Shown: one piece after another, positions 39,265-52,056 of the stretch
Layout of the letters: each line of letters opens with the position of its first letter
Position numbering within the stretch: the first letter of the stretch is position 1
NCBI GenBank assembly: GCA_001643675.2
Contig: LSRY02000019.1
Coordinates: 1,116,001 to 1,180,000 of the forward strand
Source of the DNA: Monocercomonoides exilis PA203
Lineage: Eukaryota > Protista > Preaxostyla
Reading direction: 5' to 3'
DNA length: 64,000 nucleotides
The notes under the pieces: generated by a model
Databases searched by the model: none
Told to the model about the DNA's origin: nothing
Seen by the model: only the letters and a program-made list of their open reading frames with translations
Program-made: the position numbers and the translations under genes

Positions 39265-42200
39265 TCCAATTGCAGCAATTGCAACAAATACAAATATCAC
39301 AAATATCACAACAACCTCAGCAATTACAGCAATTGCAACAAACCCAGCTTCATCTTCAGTTCCCATCTGACAGCCATCTTCCTTCCTTTTCTCAGCAACA
39401 GCTGCAGATGCAACAAATTCAGCCATCCGGTTATGTTCTTCATGGATCTTATTCTTCTGTGAATAGCATTCAACCAGATGTACTGAACAATGGATATACG
39501 GATTCTATTGTAACTTCTGTTTCTTCTTCTTCTTCAAATTCTTCTTCTTCTTCTTCTTCCCTTTCATCTTCGCTGTCACTTCCTCCTGTTTCTCCATCGC
39601 AATCTTCATCTTCATCTTCATCTTCATCTCTTTCTCTTTCATCATCATCATCATCATCTTCTTCTTCTTCAAATACTTCTGATAACACTTCATTTCCACA
39701 ACTTCCAACTCTTCCTCATTCTCTCGCTGTTTCCTCCACCACCTCTTCCTCCTCATCTTCCCCTTCTTCCTCTTCTTCCTCTTCTTCCTCATCTTCCTTT
39801 TCCTCCACCTCATCCTCATCAACAACATCTTCTTCTTCCTCTTCTTCCTCTTCCTCTCTTTCCCTTTCTTCCTCTGATGACAGCATCTTTGGCGTGAACG
39901 GAGCACAGCCAGGAATGAAACCTATCCATGCTGACACAAACGACCCAATATTGGCAATGTTTCTGGCAAATGGCGAGCTTAGCAAGGGAGTTATGCCACA
40001 AGATGAAGGGAAATGGGAGGAACTGGAAAGATTGCAACATCAGAAGCAACAGATAGAGAACCCGATGAGGAGTGAAGAGATGGCTGGGAATGCAGATGGG
40101 ATGAATATTGAATCTTCAGTTCTTTCATCATCATCATCTTCTTCTCTTCAATCCTTTTCTTCTCATGTCACCCCTCTTGAGCACTACTTCCCAGTGCTTC
40201 GAAGTCATTTTGTCGCTTTCTGTGTTGATCCACAGGGCAGCCGAATAATCGAAGATGCTCTGAAGACATGCAAAAACAGCCTGTTGAAAAGAGAAGTGTT
40301 TTTTGAGCTGTATCCTTCGCTGTACAAGCTGATGAAGGACAAATACGCGAACTTTGTGGTGCAGGTGTTCTTTGATGACTGTGAGCAACAGCTGGAGGAA
40401 GGAGGAGGAAAGAAGAAGGAGAAAGAGAGAAATGATGATTGCAGAGGTGGAAGAATGGAACGGTTGGACAGAACAGAAAGTATTGAAAGCAGTGGGTCAT
40501 ATAGAGACGGAAGAGAAGGGAGTGGAGCAGATGACTCTAAAAGCGAAGCTGATAAATCCGTCAATGAACTATCATCATCATCTTCTTCTTCATCAACTTC
40601 TTCTTCCTCCTCTTCTCCTCCCTCATTCGACTACTTCCTACACTTCTACCGTGTCATCAAGGGCAACATGCTCCCCTTATCCTTCGACCAGTTCTCCTGC
40701 CGTGTGATTCAGCACATCATCGAGAAATGCTCTCTATCTGCTGCTGTTCTTTTAGCAGAAGAGCTCAAAACACACGTGGCCGAAGCTATCCAGAACCTGC
40801 ATGCGAATCATGTGCTACAGAAGCTGGTGAAGAAACTGCCTCCGCAGCAGTATCAGTTCGTGTTTGATGAACTGCATGATGAAGGGCTGCTGGCAGAGCT
40901 GGTGAGGAGCCAGTTCGGATGCCGGGTGCTTCAGCAGCTGGTGGAATATGGCCTTCCTCAGCAGAAAGAGGCGCTGGTGACGTCGTTGATCAAAATGACT
41001 GCGCAGCTGGTGGCAGACAACTCGGGGAATTACATTGTTCAGCGGATGATTGAGACAAAGCAGGCAGATGTGGTTGCGAGGGTGCTGGCATCACTGAAGG
41101 GGAGGTTCTTTTCTCTGTGTCTGCAGAAGACGTCGAGCAATGTGGTTGAATGCATTGTGGTGAACAGCACAAACAAGGAGCACCATATCCTGCTGGATGA
41201 GCTGAAGGAAGGGAGGAAAGACGGATTAGGCGAAGATGCACATGAGGAAGGAGAGAGAGAAAGAGAAAGAGAAGAGAGAAAAGAGAAAGAAGGGAAGGGA
41301 GAAGGAAGATATCGCAGCGGGAGAAAAAGCCAGAATGGGCTGACGCAGCTGATGCTGCATCCGTTTGGCAACTTTGTCGTTCAGCGCATTCTGAAGTGTG
41401 CAGATGCTGATATCAAAGAGGAGATTCTGAGGGAAGCGATCAATTCATTGCCTCTATTGAAGGCCACGACACACTACAAGCACCTGCAGCGCTGCTTCAA
41501 GGAGGCAGCGGCAGATGTGTCGCCTCTGGTGAAGGAGGAAGTGCTCAGCCTTATTTCAGAGGGGAAAGGAGGAAGAGCAGGAGGAAGTGGAGGAAGTAGT
41601 AGTAGTGGTGGAGGAGGGAGCTCAGGAGGAAGCGGTGGATTTGGAAGAGGAGAAAGAGGAGACAAAGGAGAGCAAGGAAGGCAGACGCATTATTCGCAGT
41701 ATCATGGGGCAATGTCTTATGGACACCAATCAAATAAACAATCACAATCACAGCAGCAGCAGCAACAGCAGCAACAACAACAACAACAGTATCATCCACA
41801 GCATAGCCAACACAATCAAGTGTCTTCTTATGCTTCACATTCATTTGGATCAAAATCATCTTCTGTTTCGTCTGATTCATTTTCTTCAACCAGACCATTG
41901 CCGCAATCTCAGACACAGCCTCCTTCTCAGCCATCTCATCAGCTGCAAGCATTTCAGTACAAACCTCAGCTTTCTTCATCATCATCATCTTCTTCTTCTT
42001 CTTCAGTTTCCTCCTCATCTTCATCATCTTTGCCTTCATCTTCTTCTTCAAATACGGTGCATGCTCATCAGTTATATCCAGCTTCAATAATGTTTTCATC
42101 TTCTCCCTCACCACAAGCCCCTGGTGTGTTTCTGTATCAAGGCGACTATCATGTCTCTGACACATTCACCCCATCTTCATTTCAGCAGGTGCAGCAAATG

Positions 42201-42698
42201 CCACATATGCCCCAATTGAATCAAATGAATCAAATGAATCAACTTCCACAAATACAACAAATCCAACAAATTCAGCAGATTCAACAAATCCAGCCAATAC
42301 AATCAATGCAGCAAATACAGCAAGGTCCCATGCTCCAAGCACATTTCTCATCGATCCCGCAGTTCACTTCGACTTCTCCTTATTTCGTATCGACTGCATC
42401 TCCTTCTCCCTCCTCCCAGCTTCCTCCCCCACCGCCAGGCAGCTATTGCCAGATTCAGCAGGAAACAACACCTCAGCAACTGTCATATGAGCAGATGCAA
42501 CGTGCTTCTTTTATGGCACCTTCGCTTGCTATGTCTTCTTCTTCGTCGTCTTTGTCGTCATCATCATCTTTATCTTCTCCTTCCCCTTCTCCCTCTCCTC
42601 CTTCTGCCACTTCCATTTCAAATACTCAATCTTTGTTTTTTGACACGCCATATGCACAGCAGGTGCAGCCAGTGTATCATTACCAGACGAACAGGTAA
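31040..42698 (+). CDS. Pumilio/PUF RNA-binding protein (~3830 aa); ORFs 31040.. and 36324.. joined by intron 35816-35978
   Basis: A phase-0 GT..AG intron joins both ORFs in frame. Eight PUF repeats lie at ~40200-41500 (GSRIIE, ANFVVQ, SCRVIQ, ANHVLQ, GCRVLQ, GNYIVQ, SSNVVE, GNFVVQ). The last codons may differ if a donor at 42695 is used. Confidence 0.88.
38051..38150 (+). repeat. Pure (TCT)n microsatellite encoding poly-Ser
   Basis: About 33 uninterrupted TCT triplets. Confidence 0.9.
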
Positions 42699-43368
42699 TA
42701 ACCCCAAAGACATTTGGGTATAAAAAAGCAGAAAAGAAATGAATTCATTGATCTTCTTTTTTTAGAATGATTAGACCATCTTAATGATAAGCTGTAATTT
42801 ATTGTTGGCAGTGCTTTCATCATTTGTTTTTGATGGTTCTGAACTTTGAACACAAAGCTTCTTGAATGTGCTTTGAAGTGCATTTGCTTTCATGAAGATT
42901 GGAGTTGAGTGCGATTTCTTTATTAATAAGAGATGATTCGAGGAGAAGCAACGATTTAATAACACCAAAGAAATAGATCGAATCTGTAGAAATTTTTCAT
43001 AATTTATTTTTTTTTTCCTCCTTTTTTTTCGAAAAGAATGTTTTATCTGAACAGTTTTTATATGTTTACGTAAAAAATTGAGATGTTTTTGTTTGCGAAA
43101 ATAAATTGTGCCTAATTTTGTTTTCTTCTGAAGCAATCTTCACTTTTCTTCATTGAAATCGAAAATAAATAACAATTTTTCTTGTTTTCTATTTCTTTCT
43201 TTTGAGACCTTTGATTGACACTAACAGTTTTGGCAGATTTCGTATATGTTTAATTGACTGTGCTTTCAATTACGCTCCATTCGATAGTAGTTGATTGAGC
43301 ATCTATTTTGTTATATTCTTAGCTCTTCCATTTGTTTGAAGCAGTGTTTCAACAAAAATTTAATCATT

Positions 43369-43373
<5 letters not shown>

Positions 43374-43448
<75 letters not shown>
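43374..43448 (+). repeat. poly(T) tract, 75 nt
   Basis: Homopolymer between the convergent PUF and bromodomain genes. Confidence 0.9.
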
Positions 43449-43449
<1 letters not shown>

Positions 43450-44469
43450 GGATGCTGAAGCAAATTTTACGATTGTGTCTTCATATTGACACTTGTAAAT
43501 TATGCTGATTAATACCTGTAATATGATAAATTTTTTGAACACTTTCATTTGTAATTTTATGAATAATTTTGGTTTTGTCTGAAGATGCAATTTTATTCTT
43601 TTAAGTTCTCGAAGAAAAAGTGAATTCACAAGTTTTCCTTTCGAATTTCTTTCTTTCTTTTTTTGATAATTTTGGAGATACTATTTCACTCCACATATGA
43701 AAACATAATTGTTTGATGCAGTTTCCATTCCATATACTACTGTTTTTTTTTATCTTTGTTGTTTTTAAAAGTCCATCAAACATCAGTTTCTGCGACTTTA
43801 TTATCATTTTTTTTTTAGCTTTCCACTTTTTTTTTGAAATCTCCTGTATTTATTTTCTTCTTCGTGACTTATCTCGTTTCTTTCACTTGCCTCTTTCTCT
43901 TTCTCTTTCTTTCTCCTTTCTAATTCAAAATAAGACTTTGTTGTGAAGTCTCTGATTAAGAAACATCTCAAAATGCAAAACATTCCGTTCAATTAATACT
44001 CCAATTTTTTTCAATCGAAAATTCATTTTATTTCTATGTTTTGTGATGTTTTCCTTTTCTTTGTTGATTTTCTACATAAAATTTTCCTATTAAATTTTCC
44101 TTATTGAATTTTTTCTTATATATAAATTTTGCCAATGGTGAAATTAACTTTTTCCTTTCTATTCTTCTTTGCCTTCTTTGTTTTCCTTGGCGTTTCAACA
44201 GGAAAGACAATTTGCCTCTTTTTATTGAACTATTTGCTTTTCATCCCATTTTTTTTTTCATTTCTTTTTTTATTTTGCTTCGCATATTTTTCTTTATTAC
44301 GTAAACATAGAGGTGATTATAATCAAAAGGAAATGTATTTTGTTTGTGGAGTGCGTATGAAAGGTTGAAAGTAATCAACCAAAAGTAGAAAAATTCAAGC
44401 TGCGATGAAAAAGGTGAATGAAAAGATCCTTAAACAAGAAAGGATAAGTTCATATTTTCAAGCACATTT

Positions 44470-47400
44470 CTATTCTTCTCTTTGCAATACAAGATCTCCA
44501 ATGCTTTGATGCTCCTCTGGATGTTTTGCAGTTAATGAAATAGAAGATGGTGAAGGAGAGTACGCAGTGATCAAAGGCGTTCCAAATTCTGCTTGTTGCC
44601 CAGAAGAAGCAGACAATGCTGTTGACATCGAAGAGAGTGCAGTTGAAGAAGTACTTGAAACAGGTGTGAAGGAAACAACAGAAACCATCATAGAACTCTG
44701 TGGCGAGAGCTGAGTAGGGATAAGAGGAGTGGCTGGCGTTGAAACAGCCAAGGAGGTGCTGTTTGGGGATGTGCTCGAAGGCAAAGAAGATGCCGAAGTA
44801 GAGATCATAAGCGATGCAGGAGACGATGTTGAATGAGCAGAGATTGCAAGCGGAGTTGACTGCTGCGGAGTGGAGAAGGAGGTGGTGCTGTTTAGTGTTT
44901 CTGTTGCTGGTGACGCTGCAATGTTCTGAAGAAGAAAAGAAGAAACTGGAATTGGAGAAGAAGATGCAGAGTCAGTAACGTTAAGCGTTGTTAACGATTT
45001 ATTGATTGAAACAAGAGAAGGTTGGCATTCATTTTCTCCTTCTTTTCTTTCTTCCTTATCATCTTCCATCTCAGACTGTTTCATTGACTTGATCTCCGCA
45101 CTCATCACTGGATGCTTTGATGGAGGTGAAGGAGGCGGAGGAGGAGATGCAGGTGTCTTGGCTGTTGGACTCACCTCTTTGCTTCCAACAAACTGAAGTC
45201 CTTTTGCATTTTCTGATTCATTTGAGGATTTAGCTTCAGCTGTCTTTTCTTTTTCTTCACGAGCTTCAGTTCCTTTATTCTTTTCTAATTGCTTTTCATT
45301 ACCAGCTCTCTCAATTTCGCTCACTGATGATATTTCAGACTGTTTTGCTTCGAACTCTTTCCCTTCGTCTGCTTTAGTGTCCTGTTCCTTTTCATTTTCT
45401 TCGCCTGCAGAACTTTCATCAGCCATCCTCCTTTTTTGAGTTGTTCCTCTTTTTGATTTGCCCTTTTCATTCTTTATTAGCTTTTTCTTTGGTATCTTTT
45501 TCTTCTTAATTGCTGTTGTAGAACTCTCTCCAAGATTTTCATCATCCTCTTCTACTTCCTTTGAAGAAGCTGAATCTTCCGTGGTTGCCTTTTCCTCTTC
45601 TTCATCATCGTCCTCTTGATCTCGCCCTTTTGTTGTGTGCCGAATTCTGTTCGGCTTGTTTTTGTTCTTTGAAGATTTTGAAGAAGAAGAAGAAGAAGCC
45701 GAAGCAGAGGATGACTTTTTCTTTTTCATATCTTTGGTTATCTTTCTTGGTCTTCCCACCTTCTTACGCTTCTGTTGTGGTTTTTTCGGCTTTTCAAATG
45801 CATCTCCATCATTCCTGTCGTCATCTTCTTCTTGGCCTTCTTCAGTCTCATCAAAATCAAGTGCAGAATCATAATCTTCCACTTCTTCTTCATCTTCTTC
45901 CTCTTCCTCTTCCTCTTCACTTTCTTCTACAAACCACACACCTTTCATCTCTGCATCTCTCTTATTAAACAAAACACGAACCATATCAGCGATGGTCTCT
46001 TCAAATCTTTTTGGTTCTTCTTCCGTGTTTTCAGCTTCTTCATCCATTTGTCCTTCGTTCTCTTTCGATTTCTCTTTGCTTTTCAACAGTTTTCGCTGAT
46101 AGTCAAATACTTTTTGACAATTATCAAGCATTAATCTCACATCTTTTGCAAACTTTATCCAATTTGTTCCATATTTTTCCTTTGAAATCTTCTTCTTGAT
46201 CTTTTTTGTTGTCATCTCCTTTGTTATTATCTTTCGATATCCAGGTGCTTCTTCTTTGTCTATTTTACTTTCGAAAATACCGCTTCCTTCACATTCTTCA
46301 AGTTCTCCAATAACAAAACGATATACACGTTGCATTTCGCTGGTGGAAAGATGCTCCCTTTCAGAAATATCTGGAACGGTGGTAGATGCAGATGAAGTTG
46401 ATGAAGATTCTTTTTCTTTTGTTTCTTCATTTTCATCCTTTTTTTTCGTTTCATTTTCTTCATTATCTTCATCATCATCGTTTTTGATTTTCATTCCAAT
46501 TCTACTTATCTTCTTGCCTTTTTTCTTCCTCTTTTCTTCCTCTTCTTTGTCTCGCATCATTTCTATTGGAATGTTCATCTGATGAACCTTCCAAAGTCTT
46601 CTACATTTTGAGTCATCTCTTTTGTCAAAGGCCTCAGACGGGTAAAGTTCCCAAGGGCTAACATGAGATATTTGCTGATTCAGAGCAATAATCCATTCAC
46701 GATCACTTGCTCTTTGTTCAAACCACACAACGCTCAATTCGTTCAGTGGGTCTCTTTCATAATTTTCCTTTTGCAATTGTTCCATTTCATCTCGAAGCTT
46801 TACGGTAACTCCATTTTCATCCATTTCTCTGAGCAGTGCATCAAATTTGCTTTGTCGTGATTCAATCCCCTTATTGTAAATGCGGCCTTCTTCCCATGTA
46901 ACGCAATGTTCTGGATCATTGGGATCTGCAAATGGATAAGAGAAGTGCATCCCTACATGCCAATAATTTACACATTGATCAAATCTTTTTCTGGGCAAAA
47001 GATGTTGAGGAGTTTCCAAAGAAAGAAATGGAAGAGAGAAAATTGAAACTTGTTTAATCAATAAAGTGTCTTTACTGGAATATTCGCCTTTAATTTCATT
47101 AATACTAAAATTTGTGAATTGTAACGTTGATGATGGAGATTTGAATGATTCAATTTCTGTCACCGTTCCATAGATATATTTTTTATCTTTGATGCTTTGA
47201 AGTATTTTATCGATAGCAGATCTGTCTAGATGATCCGAATAATGATTTAAGAACTGAATGTAGTTTGCAACAACAACAACAATTTCATCTTTCTTTGAAA
47301 TAGGGAAATCGCTCCAGCGAGATGAACGAGGCTCCACTATTTTACCGGCATCTAACTCAAGCTGTACCAACGGGATATCTTTTTTCAATTTAATGTCATT

Positions 47401-47823
47401 TGATAATTCTGAGGGAAGATTTAAACTTGTTGCATTTTGTGAATGAACAATTTGCTCGTGTTCAACAGGCTTATGATTTATATCTGCTGATATATCATTA
47501 CTGTCTGGTTCAGCAGATGCAGGAAAAGTGACAGATGACCTCTGTGAATCCGAGAGAGCGCGATGAAATTCTAACGAACTGTTATCTTGTGTAGGAGGCG
47601 TTTCCTGTGAATGTTCAATTTTATTATGTGTTGGAAAAGTTGTTTTGCTATCTTCACTTAACTTTTCTTTCAAATTATCAGATTGAATATCCTGCTCCTT
47701 TAAATCAGAAGTAAGTTTTGGAGCATGAAATATTGGCTTTGTAACAGATTCTGCGTGCAAGTGCAAACTTTTTGGTTTAGTATGTAAAGAAAATAGTTGC
47801 TTTGGCTTGTGCAACACTGACAT
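44470..47823 (-). CDS. BRWD/PHIP-like chromatin protein (Tudor-like region + atypical bromodomain, no WD40)
   Basis: DEIVVVVANY, WHVGMHF, WEEGRI, LSVVW and VSPWEL resemble the BRWD ancillary/Tudor region. The bromodomain reads IFESKIDKEEAPGYRKII.KEM...I.KKI....Y...F.KDVRLMLDNC. Confidence 0.65.
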   Translation of the reverse strand: MSVLHKPKQLFSLHTKPKSLHLHAESVTKPIFHAPKLTSDLKEQDIQSDNLKEKLSEDSKTTFPTHNKIEHSQETPPTQDNSSLEFHRALSDSQRSSVTFPASAEPDSNDISADINHKPVEHEQIVHSQNATSLNLPSELSNDIKLKKDIPLVQLELDAGKIVEPRSSRWSDFPISKKDEIVVVVANYIQFLNHYSDHLDRSAIDKILQSIKDKKYIYGTVTEIESFKSPSSTLQFTNFSINEIKGEYSSKDTLLIKQVSIFSLPFLSLETPQHLLPRKRFDQCVNYWHVGMHFSYPFADPNDPEHCVTWEEGRIYNKGIESRQSKFDALLREMDENGVTVKLRDEMEQLQKENYERDPLNELSVVWFEQRASDREWIIALNQQISHVSPWELYPSEAFDKRDDSKCRRLWKVHQMNIPIEMMRDKEEEEKRKKKGKKISRIGMKIKNDDDEDNEENETKKKDENEETKEKESSSTSSASTTVPDISEREHLSTSEMQRVYRFVIGELEECEGSGIFESKIDKEEAPGYRKIITKEMTTKKIKKKISKEKYGTNWIKFAKDVRLMLDNCQKVFDYQRKLLKSKEKSKENEGQMDEEAENTEEEPKRFEETIADMVRVLFNKRDAEMKGVWFVEESEEEEEEEEDEEEVEDYDSALDFDETEEGQEEDDDRNDGDAFEKPKKPQQKRKKVGRPRKITKDMKKKKSSSASASSSSSSKSSKNKNKPNRIRHTTKGRDQEDDDEEEEKATTEDSASSKEVEEDDENLGESSTTAIKKKKIPKKKLIKNEKGKSKRGTTQKRRMADESSAGEENEKEQDTKADEGKEFEAKQSEISSVSEIERAGNEKQLEKNKGTEAREEKEKTAEAKSSNESENAKGLQFVGSKEVSPTAKTPASPPPPPSPPSKHPVMSAEIKSMKQSEMEDDKEERKEGENECQPSLVSINKSLTTLNVTDSASSSPIPVSSFLLQNIAASPATETLNSTTSFSTPQQSTPLAISAHSTSSPASLMISTSASSLPSSTSPNSTSLAVSTPATPLIPTQLSPQSSMMVSVVSFTPVSSTSSTALSSMSTALSASSGQQAEFGTPLITAYSPSPSSISLTAKHPEEHQSIGDLVLQREE

Positions 47824-47937
47824 CACTTTCCGGAAAATGCGAACTTTCCAGACATTTTGAATTGATTATGGTTATTAATGAAAAACTTTTTATTAATTTT
47901 CAGATCAGTTCATTGAAAAACTGAGATATTTTAATAA
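47824..47937. promoter_or_regulatory. Putative bidirectional promoter (BRWD-like / ankyrin-DHHC)
   Basis: Only 114 bp separates the divergent ATGs. Confidence 0.5.
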
Positions 47938-50900
47938 ATGATATCTCCCTATGGCTCATTTGAAGCCCAAATACGATCAAATGATAAGCTTCCTCCGGCC
48001 ATGATGGGACAGACATTAATACGAACAGCAAAAAGAGGAAATCAAATTCTTTGTGCACATTTGTTGATGAAGGGTGTAGATATTGAAACTGAAGATGAAA
48101 ATCATATGCACGCTTTACATTGGGCTGTGGAAAGAGAAAATATTGCGATGGTTTCCTTTTTAATGAACCAAGGTGCAGATCCGAATGCAATATGCTCTTC
48201 AACTTATGATACACCTGTATCACTTGCTGCAAAAAAAGGAAATGTACCTATTCTTCACTATTTGCTTCAACATGGAGGGAATTTCGAATATTCAGATCAT
48301 AGAGGTATTACATTGCTGATTTGTGCAGTTAGTCGCGGAAAAGCTCTTGTGCTTGAATATCTTGTCTGCTCTTTTAATACTCTTTTCAAATTTTTGTAAT
48401 TATTTTATTTTATTTTTAGATAAGAAAGAAAGCCCCTCTTACGAAAGATTATCTTGGTCGGACAGCATTTCATTGGGCAGCAGCTGGAAATAGCCCTGAA
48501 TGCATGGAATTACTCATCCGAGGTTATCCTGGACACATAAATGATGTAGATGATGAAGGACTTACCCCGCTTCATTTTGGTGTGGAAAGAAATCAATTAG
48601 GAACTGTTCGCGTTCTGACCGATAACGGGGCAGATATCAACATTACAAATAAAAAAGGTGAAAATTGCATGGAATATGCTCAAAGGAAGGAACAAGAAGA
48701 GCGCAACAAAAAAAAGGCTATTCCTTTCAATATATTTGGAGAGGATATTATTCCAGGATCAACTGTTGAACCTCGTGGCACTTCGTCTGCTTCTTTATCT
48801 TCTTCATCGTCATCATCATCTTCTCCTCTTGTTCAATCAACCGAATCACCAGCATCATTGAACGAAAAAGGACAGAACACTCTCTTTACAGAAGAAGAGG
48901 AAGCAAAAACAGCAGAGCTTGAATTTGGGAAAAGACAGCAGACAAAGCACAATCAGTCAACTGAGCAGGCATACACAAGAAACTGCACACTGCGAGCTGT
49001 CAGATCGGGAAATATTAAATTCGCAAAGAGGATTCCGAGCCGCGGATTTATCAACATGCCCTCACTTACGATATTAGTTGTGTTGGGAGGACTGTTTTTG
49101 ATAACGTCATTGATTTGCAATGGTGTTATTGGAAATGAAGAATTTGATAAAAATAAGGAGATGAAAGAAAGTTCGAGCGCTGTTGCAAACAAGGGAGGAT
49201 ATTTGTTTGGAAAAGATTTGAAGCTGCTGTTTGGCAAAGGAAAAGGAAATGTCAATTATGAAAACTCTGGAGCGAAAACAAACATGAACGGAAAAGATAG
49301 TAATAGTAATAATTTTCGAAGAAATAATAAAGAAAGTGAGAAAGAGAAAGAAAAAACCAATAGATTTGCAGTTCCTGAAGAAACTCAAGAATTAGGGGTC
49401 ATAATGCATTGTCTTGCAAAGATTCTTCTGGTGATGTGGATAATGTTAGTCTTTTCTGATCCAGGAAGAATTCCTCAATGCCCCAATGAGAAAGTGTGGG
49501 AGATGGTTTGGAACGGCGAAGTGTTTGAGCTGTGGAAAAGAGAAAGAAGGAGAAAGAGAGAGGAGAAAGAGAGAGAGAAAAAGAGAGCAATGAAAAGAAG
49601 AGCAGGGAATTATGAGAGTGAAGAGGACGAGGAGGAAAGTGTGCATATCAACGATTTTGATATCATCGAGTGGTTATGTTCAATATGCAGTCTTGTTATT
49701 CGGATTGTTTCGTCTGTGCTTACCAAATTGTGGAGGCTTCTGCCTCTTCTGTTGAGGAGATTACTGTCAACACCATTTCTATTTCTTTCAAACTACATTT
49801 CATTTCTTCCACCTCATTTTGCGTTTGGAGAAAGCCATTTAACTTCAGCAAGCAGATGCTTTGCTGACAAGAAGGATTCTATGTGGAGAAAGGAGGTTGA
49901 ACATGAACACTTGATTGGAGATTTTGAATATGAAAACAGAGGTGAATTTCAAACTGATCGAAGTGCTCTGCTGAGTGTTTCTTCTTCTTCTTCTGCCTCT
50001 TCATCCTCTTCTGCAACCTCATCGTCTCCTATTCATTCTTCCCGTTCCAAAAAGCACTCTTTAAGCAATTCTTTCATTTCACCAAAACAGATTGCGCGTT
50101 TTCCTCTTTTTAATGACATGGCTCAACCGTATTTTCGAGAGGAAGCCAGCATCATAAATGAGAAGTGCAATGATAAACCTGATGGAAGCGACAGTAATAC
50201 AGTTATGAGAAGCATTGAAGATGAAAACAGAGCAAAAGAAGAGGAAAAACAAAGTCAATACGAAGAAATACCTCAGAGATTCAACATCAATGAATGTGAA
50301 GACCTGAGTAGATTTTTCAATCATGTGTGCAATCTATTTCTTATCGAAACTATTTGTTCAAATTTGAAAAAAAAAATCCAATTTTTATTTCAAAAAATTT
50401 TTCTTTTTCTTTTTGATTTTTTTCTTTCATTTTCACTTTCGTTTAATTTTTATTGCATAATCATCACATGTTTTTTCTAATTGAATTTCTTTCTCTCCTC
50501 CTCCACTTTCAGCACCTTATGTCTGGAACTCCTATCTCCTTGTGCTCTTCCTGTCGCATTCCACGCCCTCTTCGCTCAAAGCACTGTGCACACTGCCACT
50601 GCTGCGTGGCTGAGATGGACCACCACTGCATCTGGGTGAACAACTGCATCGGAGCCAAGAACAAGCACTTCTTTGCAGCCTTTCTTGCGGTTGTGCTTCT
50701 GAACTGCCTGTTCTACTGCTTCTTCATTGTGACTGCTGCAGAAAACGGAGGGTGGGCCAAAGGGAAGTCGCTGAGTATTTTCAATTTCCCTGTGTTTTTC
50801 TGGTATTTGTTTGTGTCTCATCCGTTTGTCTTTGCGCATTTCGTGTCTGTGATCATGTTTGTCATCTTTTCGATGACGATGATTGGCACGCAGATCTATC

Positions 50901-51634
50901 TGCTTTGCTCTAATTTGACAACAAACGAAGACCGAAATATCGATCATTATGCACATTTCTTTGTTCAGACAGGAGAATGTCTCAACCCTTTCAGTGCACC
51001 AAGTGCTGCGTCCTCTTCAATGGAAAGGGAGAAAGAGAGGGAGAAAGAAGAGAGGAGAGAGGGAAGTGTTGAGTGTGCAGATAGAAATGAGGCTGAGAAT
51101 GGGCAAAAGAAAGTCCGAATGAGGAGAGTGAGGCTGGACACACTGTGTCCGCATCGGCCTCAGCACATGGAACATGGAGCTTCTTCTTCATCTTCATCGA
51201 CTTCTGCTTCTGCTTCGTCATTTTCGCGTCAAATGCCTGCGTCACTTCAGCTGATCCTCCCTCCTCCTCTCCCGCCCCGGTCCTCTCTGCTCACCCGCAT
51301 TGCAGATTCGGTGCTCCTTCGAAGCAGGACAGATGCCTTTGAGAAGCTGACAGTAGAAGACGAGACTGTGGCAGTGCAGAAGGAGGTTGTTTCAGACAGC
51401 GACTGCATTGTCAACGTGGAGCAGGCGATTAGCAGCCCGCTGAATCTGAATGAAAAATGCACTCCCATTTCATCCTACACATTTCGGTATTCTTCTCGCC
51501 CGCTTCCCTTTGCACTCTCTCCGTCTGGCTGTGAAAGAGTGAAGAAGCGGACGAATGCGAATGCTAGCCAATTGTCAGCTTATCAACAACCACAGTCAAA
51601 TTGCTGCAGTTTTGATATACCAGACTCAAGCTAG
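47938..51634 (+). CDS. Ankyrin-repeat DHHC palmitoyltransferase (Akr1/ZDHHC17-like); introns 48364-48419 and 50325-50512
   Basis: N-terminal ankyrin repeats (ALHWA, TAFHWAA, TPLHFG), TM segments, DPG, CSSCRIPRPLRSKHC..C..CV..MDHHC.WVNNCIG.KN, and TTNE. Both introns are phase 0 and join the ORFs in frame. Confidence 0.9.
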
Positions 51635-52056
51635 CAAACTCTGAAAATGTTTTGAGTTTTTCTTTTTATTTAGTGTTTGAATCATGCAAATGATTCATAT
51701 GTAATTAGCTAAGATGCTTAAATTTTTTTTAAAATCATAAATTTTAATACTGTTTTTAAAGCAAATTTTATCATTTGAAATTCGATTATTTGTCTTTTTT
51801 ATCGATCTGCAGTCAATGTTTAAAGGAATATACCATTTTAAGAACTGTCATAAAACTTGACAATAATTTTTTGAAAGGTCGCAAGCTTTACAAAAAATAA
51901 AAAAAAAACTTTTCACTAATTTTGCTCAAAAAGCAATTTGAACCTTTCAAATATACTCTGTTAGAAAGAGGTTATTAATTCTTCATGATCAAAATTAATA
52001 TAACTTTGCAATCTGTTCACATTTATAAAAAATATTTTTGAATCAATTGTGGTCAA

